Shown here one piece after another: positions 17,193 through 26,360 of a DNA stretch of 55,952 nucleotides. The position numbers and the translations under genes are program-made. Below the pieces are notes generated by a model. That model saw only the letters and a program-made list of their open reading frames with translations, was not told where the DNA came from and did no database searches. The stretch comes from a virus (lineage: Duplodnaviria; Caudoviricetes): positions 1 to 55,952 of the IMG/VR virus record IMGVR_UViG_3300020404_000088. One strand, given 5' to 3'. Numbering within the stretch: the first letter of the stretch is position 1; every line of letters begins with the position of its first letter.

Positions 17193-18505
17193 GCAAAGAA
17201 TTCATCTAAATTTGCCTTTCTGGAATGTTTAAACAAATCAAAATTTTTATCACCAAAACACCAAACATTTTCTATAAAGAGTTTATTCATAAAATCCGCT
17301 TTGGCTTTATCATCTGTAAATAGTTTATCCGATTTAGGTCTTTGCATAATTCTCATTCCTATCTGGCCTAGAAACTTATCTCTTAATCTATTTACCAATT
17401 CATCACTTGATCTATAGCGAGTACCTTTAATCTTTGGATCCATAATATTAACAAATAAAAACTTTGATACTGCCATTGACTTTTCGGCAACAGGTAAATA
17501 GAAGTCATCACGCCATTTCTCATACTCATTAAATTTAGACCACGATTGATCTTCTTGAAACTCACCACCCTTATTATATTCCTCTGTTGAGAAATAAGGT
17601 GGAGAAGTAAATGCAACATCTATCGGTGGCAACTTATGATATGGTAGGTCTTCAGCACCACAACGCCATATTGTAACTTTCTTAGGTTTAGATAGTAACT
17701 TATTATATTTTGATATCTGTTCGGTATATCTAGCGTATGTGTTAGGATTAGGATCACAACCATAGTATTCTTCGGCATCACTAGCAAAGAAACCTGCAAG
17801 TCTATCGCCCCAACCACAACTTGTGTCTAATACTCTTTTAGCATTTGTCATCTGATAAATTGCTTTTGCAACGACAGGTTTAAATTGTGTTGCAATATAT
17901 GTGCCTAATCTAAATGCACTTATATAACTTTTAGAATCTAGTTTACCACCTAGTAATTGTTCAGACTCATTGCCATCTAAATCTTTTACTTTAGTTAGTT
18001 TAACATCATTGATACCACGCCATATAGGACCTAAACATTTCCATATGGCATATGCGTCACCATTTTCCCATACTTCTTTAGGTGCCCTAAAGCCATAACT
18101 ACCACATTCTAATCTCAAATCTTGCATAAAATAATTTGACACATCATTGTAGGTACTTGGCCCATTGATTAAACCTAAACCATACTTTTCATAACTATAT
18201 TCATAATCATCATACTTTTCAAATACTTCTTTATCAACTTGATCTTTAGGTGTACAAATAGAATTAGTATTGAAGTTTTTTAAACTATTAAAACTATTTC
18301 TCATATCATCCTCTGTTATTTCTTTTAGAGGAAATACAGGTCGTTCAGTTGCGATATAATCAGCAAGATTCTTTCTCATTTCTTCTTTGCCGTATTCTGC
18401 GTTCATTGATTCAAATGTCTTATTATCTAACACAGGTAACTTATCGTCTCCTGCGGCGGCTAATAGACGGCTATATAGTGTATTGTTTCTGATATAATCT
18501 TTCAT
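17189..18505 (-). CDS. DNA amino-methyltransferase (N4-C/N6-A type)
   Basis: LDTSCGWGDR (motif I) then FTSPPYF (motif IV). Confidence 0.85.
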   Translation of the reverse strand: MKDYIRNNTLYSRLLAAAGDDKLPVLDNKTFESMNAEYGKEEMRKNLADYIATERPVFPLKEITEDDMRNSFNSLKNFNTNSICTPKDQVDKEVFEKYDDYEYSYEKYGLGLINGPSTYNDVSNYFMQDLRLECGSYGFRAPKEVWENGDAYAIWKCLGPIWRGINDVKLTKVKDLDGNESEQLLGGKLDSKSYISAFRLGTYIATQFKPVVAKAIYQMTNAKRVLDTSCGWGDRLAGFFASDAEEYYGCDPNPNTYARYTEQISKYNKLLSKPKKVTIWRCGAEDLPYHKLPPIDVAFTSPPYFSTEEYNKGGEFQEDQSWSKFNEYEKWRDDFYLPVAEKSMAVSKFLFVNIMDPKIKGTRYRSSDELVNRLRDKFLGQIGMRIMQRPKSDKLFTDDKAKADFMNKLFIENVWCFGDKNFDLFKHSRKANLDEFFA

Positions 18506-18509
18506 AATT

Positions 18510-21005
18510 TTAAAAAAAATCGTCTAAGTTTGCCTTTCTTTCAAAATTCCATCCGATTGCATTGACAATAAATCTTAATGGTTCTAAAAACGATTTAGTA
18601 AACATTTCATCATGGTTAATATATTGATGTAGTTTAAATTCTTTTGGTAACTTACTAGTAAAAGATATGACATTTTCTCTTATAGGATTTGGTTCTTTTA
18701 ATGTGATAAATTTAATCTTATCGCCATCTTGTATTGTTTCATATTTTCTTAATTTGTTTTGTTTCAATAAGTTATTATAAAGTAAAGCACCTCTTACATG
18801 AATAGGAGTTGACTTTTGATATATGTCTTTTGTTGAAGAATACTTTTTAAGATTATTACAACTTCTAGGATATGCAATATCTTCAGGTGGCAACTTCTTA
18901 AAATGTTTTCTAAAATCTTCTATAAACTGAATTAATGCTGATTCATCTTTTGTCATAATCACTTTTAATGCTTCTTTAATCTTTATACGACAAGGTGCAG
19001 GAGTTGAAGATTTAACAGCTTCAATACCCATGATCTTTAGTTTAGGTTCTTTCAGATCAAGACCTTCTTCATTAAACACATTTAGGATATATCTTTTCTT
19101 TGCAGTCCATATGCCTTTGTTGGCGATTACTTCTCGTTTCATAATCATTTTCTGATCATAAGCATTTACATACTTTGCTAGTTTAGCAAAACTAGAATCA
19201 ATAAATGGTTGTAGTTTTTCTTCACAAAACTTATCTAATACTTTTACGATCTTTCTATGATCAGATTTATCTTTAAATATCTTGTTAACCATTTCACCTA
19301 GTTTGATGTAGATAGAATCTGTATCAGACGCAACAACATAGGTAACATTTTTAGTACTTAGTAGTTTGTTTAGATAATCATTTACATCACGTTCAATCCA
19401 TCTGATAGTCAATTGACCAGCCATAGTAATACCTTCAGCGTGTCTTACATCAAAGTATCTAAAGTATTGATTACCGATAGCACCATAGGCACTATTCAAG
19501 GCAATCTTTCTTGCAAGTTGAATATTATAATTAGAAGATATCTCATTCTTTAATCTTTCATCACCAGTTTCTTGATACAACGCCTTTGCTTTTGCCATCT
19601 TGTTCTTATACATGACACGTTCTTTGTAAAACTTATCCATAAGTTCAGGTAAGAAACCCTGCTTGTCTGTCCTAAATTGAGCACCATTGGGAGTGATAGT
19701 TCTCGTATCTAGGTCAGACAAATCAGATTTTTGATTTAACATATTCTCAACACTCACACGATTAGGATCATGACCAATCATAGTTTCAGGAGAGATATTG
19801 TATTGCATAATTAAATGCGGATACAAACTGTTTAAATCGAAACTCACTATCCAGTCGTGAAAACCTACAACAGGATCTTTTACATAGGCACCTTCATAAC
19901 CTCTTGATTGTTTAGACTCTACAACGGCAGGTGCAACAATATTTTTAGATTTTAAATGATTGAATATAATTGTATCCCACATTCTTACTTGACCAAAACA
20001 ATCTTGATAATTAACTTTTGCTTCATAGGCCATTGTCAAATGCAACTCAATCAGTTTCATCTTGTCTTCTAGTTTATCAACAAGTTCTACATCTTGGATA
20101 TTATATTCTATAAACTGTTGATAATCTTTTGTATAAAATTCTTTAAATGTATCATAAGGATTTTCATTTTTGTTTTCACCTAGTTCTACTTCACCTATAT
20201 AATCTAGTTTATAGCTCTCTCGTCTAACAAATGTATGTTTACGATATAGATCAAGATAATCCAATACAGTAACGCCCATGATATCCCAATAGTTTTGTTC
20301 TTTGTTAAAACCTTTTGCTGTTATTCTAGCACTTTGTTGTGACACTACGTTCCAAGGACTAAATTGTAAAATAAATTCATCACCCATTAATCTTCTAAAT
20401 CTATTCATCAAGAAAGGCATATCGAAAAATTTAACATTCCAACCTGTAACAATATCAGGATTATATTCTAACCAAAATTCTAAAAATTTTTGAATCAATT
20501 CTCTTTCAGTAGGACATTTAATATATCTAACATCTGGCCTATCATTCACAAAGTCATTCATACCGAAGACTATGATCTTCTTTGTTGTATGTTCTTTTAC
20601 TGTTATTGATATAAGAGGTTCAATTGCCTCATCTGAATTAGGAAAACCATTCTCACTTTCACACTCTATATCGATTGTAAGTATTCTTATTTGTTTGATA
20701 TCCCAATCTATCTTGCCAGGAAATTCATCTGCAATAAAAGGATATTGATATCTCGTATTACCATAATATTGAAAACCACTTACATCTTTATATTGATCAA
20801 TCCATTTCTTAGCCTCAGGCATACTTTCGAAAGTAACCTTGCCAACATTAGTGCCGTCAAGTGTTTTGTACTTTGATTCTTTACCAGATGGAATAAACAA
20901 AGATGGTTTATAATTAATTCTAAACTTCTTATGACTACCATCGTGGTTCACACCACGAACTAATAGCCTGCCACGATACGGCAATACCGAAGTATAGAAT
21001 TTCAT
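18510..21005 (-). CDS. gp43: family B DNA polymerase
   Basis: DIECE exo I, SFDLNSLYP, KIALNSAYG, SDTDS, KKRY. Confidence 0.98.
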   Translation of the reverse strand: MKFYTSVLPYRGRLLVRGVNHDGSHKKFRINYKPSLFIPSGKESKYKTLDGTNVGKVTFESMPEAKKWIDQYKDVSGFQYYGNTRYQYPFIADEFPGKIDWDIKQIRILTIDIECESENGFPNSDEAIEPLISITVKEHTTKKIIVFGMNDFVNDRPDVRYIKCPTERELIQKFLEFWLEYNPDIVTGWNVKFFDMPFLMNRFRRLMGDEFILQFSPWNVVSQQSARITAKGFNKEQNYWDIMGVTVLDYLDLYRKHTFVRRESYKLDYIGEVELGENKNENPYDTFKEFYTKDYQQFIEYNIQDVELVDKLEDKMKLIELHLTMAYEAKVNYQDCFGQVRMWDTIIFNHLKSKNIVAPAVVESKQSRGYEGAYVKDPVVGFHDWIVSFDLNSLYPHLIMQYNISPETMIGHDPNRVSVENMLNQKSDLSDLDTRTITPNGAQFRTDKQGFLPELMDKFYKERVMYKNKMAKAKALYQETGDERLKNEISSNYNIQLARKIALNSAYGAIGNQYFRYFDVRHAEGITMAGQLTIRWIERDVNDYLNKLLSTKNVTYVVASDTDSIYIKLGEMVNKIFKDKSDHRKIVKVLDKFCEEKLQPFIDSSFAKLAKYVNAYDQKMIMKREVIANKGIWTAKKRYILNVFNEEGLDLKEPKLKIMGIEAVKSSTPAPCRIKIKEALKVIMTKDESALIQFIEDFRKHFKKLPPEDIAYPRSCNNLKKYSSTKDIYQKSTPIHVRGALLYNNLLKQNKLRKYETIQDGDKIKFITLKEPNPIRENVISFTSKLPKEFKLHQYINHDEMFTKSFLEPLRFIVNAIGWNFERKANLDDFF

Positions 21006-21008
21006 TAA

Positions 21009-21239
21009 TTATATTTGTGTATTATTAAAATGTTTTTTAAGACTAGCAAGTTTTTCTTCCGCATTTGCAAGTTGATCATTCAACTTATCTAATTCTGATA
21101 GATGTTGAGGGTGTTCACCTATTGCGACAGGATTGTCAAAATAGATTATCATAGTTGCTTTCGCTGCTTCTATATCAGCGATATATTTTTTCTCTAGTGC
21201 TTTGTATAGGGGATTGTTTGTTTGATGATTTTGTGCCAT
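21009..21239 (-). CDS. conserved hypothetical protein
   Basis: 76 aa, NPVAIGEHP motif, AGGAG RBS. Confidence 0.75.
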   Translation of the reverse strand: MAQNHQTNNPLYKALEKKYIADIEAAKATMIIYFDNPVAIGEHPQHLSELDKLNDQLANAEEKLASLKKHFNNTQI

Positions 21240-21263
21240 TGTTCACTCCTTTGATTATATAAC

Positions 21264-21292
21264 ATTATAACATATTTAGAATAGATTGTAAA
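21264..21292 (-). promoter_or_regulatory. sigma70-type promoter upstream of gp43 unit
   Basis: TTTACA-N17-TATAAT with TG extension. Confidence 0.75.
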
Positions 21293-21296
21293 GCGT

Positions 21297-22760
21297 CTAT
21301 TCATCTTTTTGTAATGGTAAATTAACACCTCGTGTATCATTGCCATCGCTTCTTTCAATCCAAGAAGAAAGAACAAACTTTCTATTTGGATTTACATTGA
21401 CTTTAAATCTAGTCAATAAATCTCTATTGATTAAAAATGTACTTCTTGAATCTTTTGTCGTCAAGCCAATTGGCACATCTGTATAAAATTTATTATTGAA
21501 AGTTATATCTACAAGAACAATCGGTCTCTCATCTACTTGATCCATTCGAGTTGCCTCAGAGATACCTTCTAGTTTACTTGTAAATTTCTTACCATCTTTT
21601 TCCCATTTGACAGTTTTACCTGATACATCTATTTTGTCAACACAAAACATTGACGCCTGAGTACCGTTACCTGTATCAAACTTTGCTCTGACAGGTCCAT
21701 AACCATCGATAACAAGTCTTTCGTGAAACCCTGCCTCTTTTGTGAAAGAGTGTTTTCTATGTACGTCTTGTGTAAGATAGTTAAATAATTCTTTTACTAC
21801 ATTTTCAGGTGTAGTTTTTCCCACATATGATCTATCCTTTAAATCAGTATTATATAATGAGAAGTTTGAACCAATCCCAGGTGATCCATTACACTCTAAC
21901 ACATAATAGTTGCCATTCACTATCGCATGGTCGACACCTACCATAAACGCACCAGTTGATCTGGCAGCGTCTAATACTACTTTACGTTCATCATCTGAAA
22001 GTTTATAAGGTTCAGTAGTTGCCTCTCTATGTCTATTAGACCTAAAATCTTTCTTAGCACTTATTCTTTTTGTTGAAGCTAATACTCTACCATCAACAAC
22101 TATTGTACGAACATCAAAGTCAAACTTCATAAATTCTTGTAATAGTAAAGCAGCACCAAACTTCCATAATGATTGTGCAACTGAGACCATACTTTTTTCA
22201 GACTCGACAACTGATACACCAATACCTTGTGTACCTGTTAGTGTTTTTATAATGACAGGATACTTGCCACCTAGTTTTTCGTGGGCATGAATTAATCCTT
22301 TTTCATTTGAAATTAAAGCAGTTCTTGGTGTAGGTATATTATCTCTCTCAAAAGAAATGTATGCTGACATCTTGTTATCACAAGTAAGCATACCGTTTCT
22401 AGTGTTTATCATAAATGCACCAGCATTTTCGAATGTAGATAATAACGCTAAACCAGTTTCGTCTTCAAGAACACCTGCTCTTGTAAAACAGATTGTCTTT
22501 GAAAGATCAAATTCTATTTCAGTATCTTCGCCATCAATATTTGATACAAGCAAAGTACCTTTCTCTAAATCATTTTTTGATACCCATGCCTCAGACGTAT
22601 TAATAATATGACAAGGAATATTTCGACTTTTACATTCCTTAGCTATCATATTACTAACAACAGACTTACTGTCAGCATTGATTTTAGTTAAGATAGCAAC
22701 TTGTATATTACTTCTCTCAACTTTCTCAGATATGAATTCTTTAAACTTGGGCGCCTTCAT
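21297..22760 (-). CDS. rimK: RimK-family ATP-grasp ligase fused to retropepsin-like protease domain
   Basis: IPTPRT, YPVIIKTLTGTQGIGV, LLQEF, DFRSN, GVD, LECNGSPG; C-terminal AKFDTGN...RP...LINRD. Confidence 0.85.
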   Translation of the reverse strand: MKAPKFKEFISEKVERSNIQVAILTKINADSKSVVSNMIAKECKSRNIPCHIINTSEAWVSKNDLEKGTLLVSNIDGEDTEIEFDLSKTICFTRAGVLEDETGLALLSTFENAGAFMINTRNGMLTCDNKMSAYISFERDNIPTPRTALISNEKGLIHAHEKLGGKYPVIIKTLTGTQGIGVSVVESEKSMVSVAQSLWKFGAALLLQEFMKFDFDVRTIVVDGRVLASTKRISAKKDFRSNRHREATTEPYKLSDDERKVVLDAARSTGAFMVGVDHAIVNGNYYVLECNGSPGIGSNFSLYNTDLKDRSYVGKTTPENVVKELFNYLTQDVHRKHSFTKEAGFHERLVIDGYGPVRAKFDTGNGTQASMFCVDKIDVSGKTVKWEKDGKKFTSKLEGISEATRMDQVDERPIVLVDITFNNKFYTDVPIGLTTKDSRSTFLINRDLLTRFKVNVNPNRKFVLSSWIERSDGNDTRGVNLPLQKDE

Positions 22761-23172
22761 CTTCTATTTTTTTACCTATATTATATTTTGCTTGAAGATC
22801 CCACTCGTTCTTTTCTTTAAAACTTAATACTTTAATTTGTGATAGAGGTGCTTTCTTCTCGGCGATTTCTTTATTTAATATAGCGATTAAACCCCAATCG
22901 CTTAACAGTTGAGCAATTGTGTTTCGTCTTTCAGCGTCATTGTCAGAGAAGTTTGCTGTCTTACCATCTAAGGCAAATAACTCTTTGAAATGCACTATGA
23001 AATATCTTCCTTGTTTGTGTAGTATGTGACAAGATTGAAATAACTTTTTATCTTTTCTTGATGCCACACCTATTCTAGTTAGAGTCTCCCTGACTTTTAG
23101 AAAATCATCAGGCTCTTTTAACTGTACTTCTAACATCTTCTCAGGATGCCAGAGATTATCTAATTCATTCAT
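22741..23172 (-). CDS. regA: translational repressor
   Basis: PDDFLKVRETLTRIGVAS, QSCHILHKQGRYFIVHFKELF. Confidence 0.97.
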   Translation of the reverse strand: MNELDNLWHPEKMLEVQLKEPDDFLKVRETLTRIGVASRKDKKLFQSCHILHKQGRYFIVHFKELFALDGKTANFSDNDAERRNTIAQLLSDWGLIAILNKEIAEKKAPLSQIKVLSFKEKNEWDLQAKYNIGKKIEDEGAQV

Positions 23173-23558
23173 TTTGTCCCACCTTTATATAATTTCTCTT
23201 TAATCAATTTTAGTTGATCTTTAGTGAGTATATCAAGTACAGTTTTTGCTTTTTCATTACTATATCCATAATACTCTTTTACCAAATCAATATCTTTTAA
23301 TTTATTAGCTCTTAAAAAAGGACTAAACCTTTTCTTTGATCTAATACTATTTAGTAGAAACGAGTATTGCATATCCTTATCTAGGAAGTGATTACGATTT
23401 ACTTCATTTACAAGCATTATGGTGTCTGAAAAGCCAGACAGTATCTTGTTAATTATAAATGCAGGATACTTCTTGACCCAATCCTTATCATCGGATTTCA
23501 TCAAATCTTTTTTAGTGAAGTTTATAGAGTTAAGATAGTCTTTAAGTTCATAGCTCAT
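23169..23558 (-). CDS. gp62: clamp loader small subunit
   Basis: YLNSIN...YPAFIINK...VKEYYGYSNEKA; position before regA. Confidence 0.92.
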   Translation of the reverse strand: MSYELKDYLNSINFTKKDLMKSDDKDWVKKYPAFIINKILSGFSDTIMLVNEVNRNHFLDKDMQYSFLLNSIRSKKRFSPFLRANKLKDIDLVKEYYGYSNEKAKTVLDILTKDQLKLIKEKLYKGGTK

Positions 23559-23931
23559 TTATATACCTCTTCAATTCTTTGTCTTGTACATCTTTTGGTA
23601 TCTCATTCTTATAGAATATTCTATAACTATCATTACCATATTTACCTATGCCATGTAGAGCCCTGGCGTCTTTACGATTCCATGACAGGAAATCTATACT
23701 CATCAACCTTATTCTCTTTGCCCTAACAGTTGACATACCTAAAGGTCTTAACATCTTCTCCTGTGTCTTATATCTGCCTCGTATATAAGCAGCTGCATTA
23801 GGATATCTCTTGAACAATTTAGGTAATAACTTCTTGACTTGTTTTCTATATGTAAGATTAAGACATATGACACCTACCATATGTTGCCATACGCTCTTGA
23901 CCTGTTGTTGTACCATTAATTCATCTATCAT
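23548..23931 (-). CDS. HhH-GPD DNA glycosylase, MBD4-like
   Basis: VICLNLT, LRPLGM...RA, LHGIGKYGNDSYRIF, DKEL..Y. Confidence 0.85.
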   Translation of the reverse strand: MIDELMVQQQVKSVWQHMVGVICLNLTYRKQVKKLLPKLFKRYPNAAAYIRGRYKTQEKMLRPLGMSTVRAKRIRLMSIDFLSWNRKDARALHGIGKYGNDSYRIFYKNEIPKDVQDKELKRYINEL

Positions 23932-24467
23932 ACTTCATTACCCCATGCATCCCAGCCATCAAATTTTTGTCTAGCAAATAATTCTATTCTAGGTAGATCA
24001 CCACATAACTTGATTATATCGTTTCTGATTCTATCTGGTTTTCTACTATGTTCTCTACGCTGATCTATGACTAATTGTGCCACAGATTTACTAACTCTTT
24101 TAGGTTTACCTTTTGTTGCAAGTAAACACATTTCTGGATTACATCTAGTCCAATATCCTAATCCTGTAAACATACCCATATTAGTTTTGTTTGATTTCGC
24201 CCAGGTAAATCCTACTGTCTTGTAAGTGAACCCCCAGGCGTCAATAACTTTAAATGCTTTTTCTAATAATGGATCAGTAACCCACATTAATAATACACAA
24301 TCTTTATCTGCTATTTTTTCAACAGGCATATCGCATATATCTTTTAGTGACATACAATCATAATGTTGAGTAGCATTTCTACCTTCTCCTTTTTCACTTC
24401 TTGATTTAAAGTGCCAAGGTGGGTCAGCATAGATTATGTTATATTTTTTATCTGGTAATGATATCAC
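23928..24467 (-). CDS. MT-A70 family methyltransferase
   Basis: IIYADPPW, LLMWVT, WGFTYKT, EMCLLA, REHSRKP, IELFAR, WGNEV. Confidence 0.93.
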   Translation of the reverse strand: MISLPDKKYNIIYADPPWHFKSRSEKGEGRNATQHYDCMSLKDICDMPVEKIADKDCVLLMWVTDPLLEKAFKVIDAWGFTYKTVGFTWAKSNKTNMGMFTGLGYWTRCNPEMCLLATKGKPKRVSKSVAQLVIDQRREHSRKPDRIRNDIIKLCGDLPRIELFARQKFDGWDAWGNEV

Positions 24468-25402
24468 TTGAATTTGACCTGTGACATTAGTTCAGTTAAA
24501 CAAGCAACTAAATTAATCTCCTGGTCAGCAACAAAGGCTGACTTGTATTGATAGTCAGCAATAATTAAAACAGCATGAGGTATAGTTGATGGTTCTAAAT
24601 TAGTATATAATGTATCATATATCTTTCTAAAAATCTTAACAGGATCGTTGTCAAGATTATTGACAACCCATTTTCTCATGTCACTAAACTCCTTATTCTT
24701 TAAATGAGTTACTAGTGTCTTTAGGTTTTCATCTGATACATTCACTAAAATGCCAGCGTCTATGGCACCACTTACTGAATATCTTTGTAGTTCATTAATT
24801 AGTTTTCTAAAATCTGGAAAGTGTTTTGTAATTAATTCAACAAGGACCTTGTCTTCATAATCTATATTTTGTTCTTTAAGAATATAAATTGCTCTCTCGA
24901 ACAATCTACTTGCCAGTTTAGGTTTATCTTTAGGGTTAACTTTAAACTCTATGTTTGAGAATCTACTATGTAGAGGTTCTATAATTCTATTCTTAAAATT
25001 ACAAGTAAGAATAAATCTACAATTCTTATGAAACTCCTCTACAAATCCTCTTAACGCAGGTTGTGTTGATTGTGGATTAAGATAATCAGCCTCATCTAAT
25101 ATCACAACTTTTTTACCACCAGATAGTGATACAGTTGAAGCAAAGTTTTTAATCTTATTTCTTAATACATCTATACCACCTTCCTCTGAACCATTTATCA
25201 TAATCCAATCACAATTCATTTGTTCACATAATGCTTTTGCAACTGTGGTCTTACCGATACCAGGAGTACCAGAGAACAACATATTAGATAATTCACCTTT
25301 CTTAACGAAAGACGAAAATAAAGATTTTAGAGAATCAGGTAATATACAATCATCAATAGTCTTTGGTCGATACTGCTCGACCCACAAAAAATCTGTATTC
25401 AT
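24464..25402 (-). CDS. gp44: clamp loader ATPase subunit
   Basis: LWVEQYRP, GTPGIGKT, ILDEAD, LHSRF. Confidence 0.96.
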   Translation of the reverse strand: MNTDFLWVEQYRPKTIDDCILPDSLKSLFSSFVKKGELSNMLFSGTPGIGKTTVAKALCEQMNCDWIMINGSEEGGIDVLRNKIKNFASTVSLSGGKKVVILDEADYLNPQSTQPALRGFVEEFHKNCRFILTCNFKNRIIEPLHSRFSNIEFKVNPKDKPKLASRLFERAIYILKEQNIDYEDKVLVELITKHFPDFRKLINELQRYSVSGAIDAGILVNVSDENLKTLVTHLKNKEFSDMRKWVVNNLDNDPVKIFRKIYDTLYTNLEPSTIPHAVLIIADYQYKSAFVADQEINLVACLTELMSQVKFK

Positions 25403-25409
25403 ACAGAAC

Positions 25410-26084
25410 CTACTTAGTTATAGTACTGTCTGGTTCTAAAGCGATCCAGTATTCAACAGGTAGTTTTGTGTGTTTAAAGTGTGAGATTGATTTTGAAGAT
25501 ACAGCAACATCATAGTCACCGTCTAGCATTTTCATATTCTCTACTTTGAAGTAGAAAGTATAATCTGCTGTTGCACCTTGACCTACAACGATATCAAAAG
25601 AGTTTGATGTATCGTTCTTCTTATCACAAACTTTAAGAACAATATCGCCACCTTTTGTACCGATCAATGCTAAGTCTGGTGATTTTAAAATCGCAGCCAT
25701 CTTTAACAGTTCTTTATAGTTTGATGATGATAGACTAAAGGTTACCTCTGCTTCTGGCATATTAACTTCTTTAGTAGGTGATACTATTACTGAAGGATCA
25801 GAATAGAAATATTTTACTTTTGATTTACTACCTTCAGAGGATATTGTCATATACTTATCTTGTAAAGATAATTCAGGTTTAGCAAAACCTGATACTGCTG
25901 ATAGGAATTCATTTAGATCATAGATACCAAACTCATTGGTAAATTCATCTGAAATTTTTGCCTTAGCAAAAATATTTCTCATAGTTGAGATAGTTGATAA
26001 CTCATCACCTTGTTTGATTAATATGTTAGTATTAATACCTGCAAAGTTTTTAAGTGTTTCGATTGTGTTTTGATTTAGTTTCAT
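25410..26084 (-). CDS. gp45: sliding clamp
   Basis: LKNFAGIN, FGIYDLNEFL, YWIALE; start taken at MKLNQNT. Confidence 0.95.
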   Translation of the reverse strand: MKLNQNTIETLKNFAGINTNILIKQGDELSTISTMRNIFAKAKISDEFTNEFGIYDLNEFLSAVSGFAKPELSLQDKYMTISSEGSKSKVKYFYSDPSVIVSPTKEVNMPEAEVTFSLSSSNYKELLKMAAILKSPDLALIGTKGGDIVLKVCDKKNDTSNSFDIVVGQGATADYTFYFKVENMKMLDGDYDVAVSSKSISHFKHTKLPVEYWIALEPDSTITK

Positions 26085-26117
26085 TATATATTTTTCTTTC
26101 AATTGTTAATTTATTGT

Positions 26118-26146
26118 AGTATATCATTTTATATCAGACAAGTCAA
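26118..26146 (-). promoter_or_regulatory. sigma70-type promoter (gp45)
   Basis: TTGACT-N17-TATACT. Confidence 0.7.
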
Positions 26147-26309
26147 GCTTACTATTTTTTATATATCTTCCCCAAATGTATTTCATTATTTGATATATAG
26201 GAAATGGTAAAGTTATATACTTAACTCTTTTACCTATCACATACATAAGTTGTCCACGCCATGGTAATCCATGGTGACTAAAGCCTATGCAATGTTTTAT
26301 GATGTGCAT
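26124..26309 (-). CDS. hypothetical protein
   Basis: 61-aa ORF filling the gap, with a promoter 6 nt upstream. Confidence 0.55.
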   Translation of the reverse strand: MHIIKHCIGFSHHGLPWRGQLMYVIGKRVKYITLPFPIYQIMKYIWGRYIKNSKLDLSDIK

Positions 26310-26315
26310 GAAATT

Positions 26316-26353
26316 ATTATAACAAAGTTATAAGGGCCTGTCAAGCAGGCCCC
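26316..26353 (-). promoter_or_regulatory. sigma70-type promoter overlapping terminator-like hairpin
   Basis: TTGACA(26339-44)-N17-TATAAT(26316-21); GGGCCTG/CAGGCCC inverted repeat around the -35. Confidence 0.75.
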
Positions 26354-26360
26354 TTTATTA

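Noticed and set aside
17392-17817. Two short minus-strand ORFs inside the methyltransferase
   Set aside because: Out-of-frame nested ORFs without RBS or motifs; same for 2904..3116, 32370..32573 and 45818..46015
18510-21005. Introns or inteins in core genes (gp43, gp41, gp17, gp46)
   Set aside because: ORFs are continuous and of ordinary length with no intein motifs noticed
21194-21376. 60-aa ORF bridging rimK and the next gene
   Set aside because: Overlaps both neighbours and spans a clear promoter
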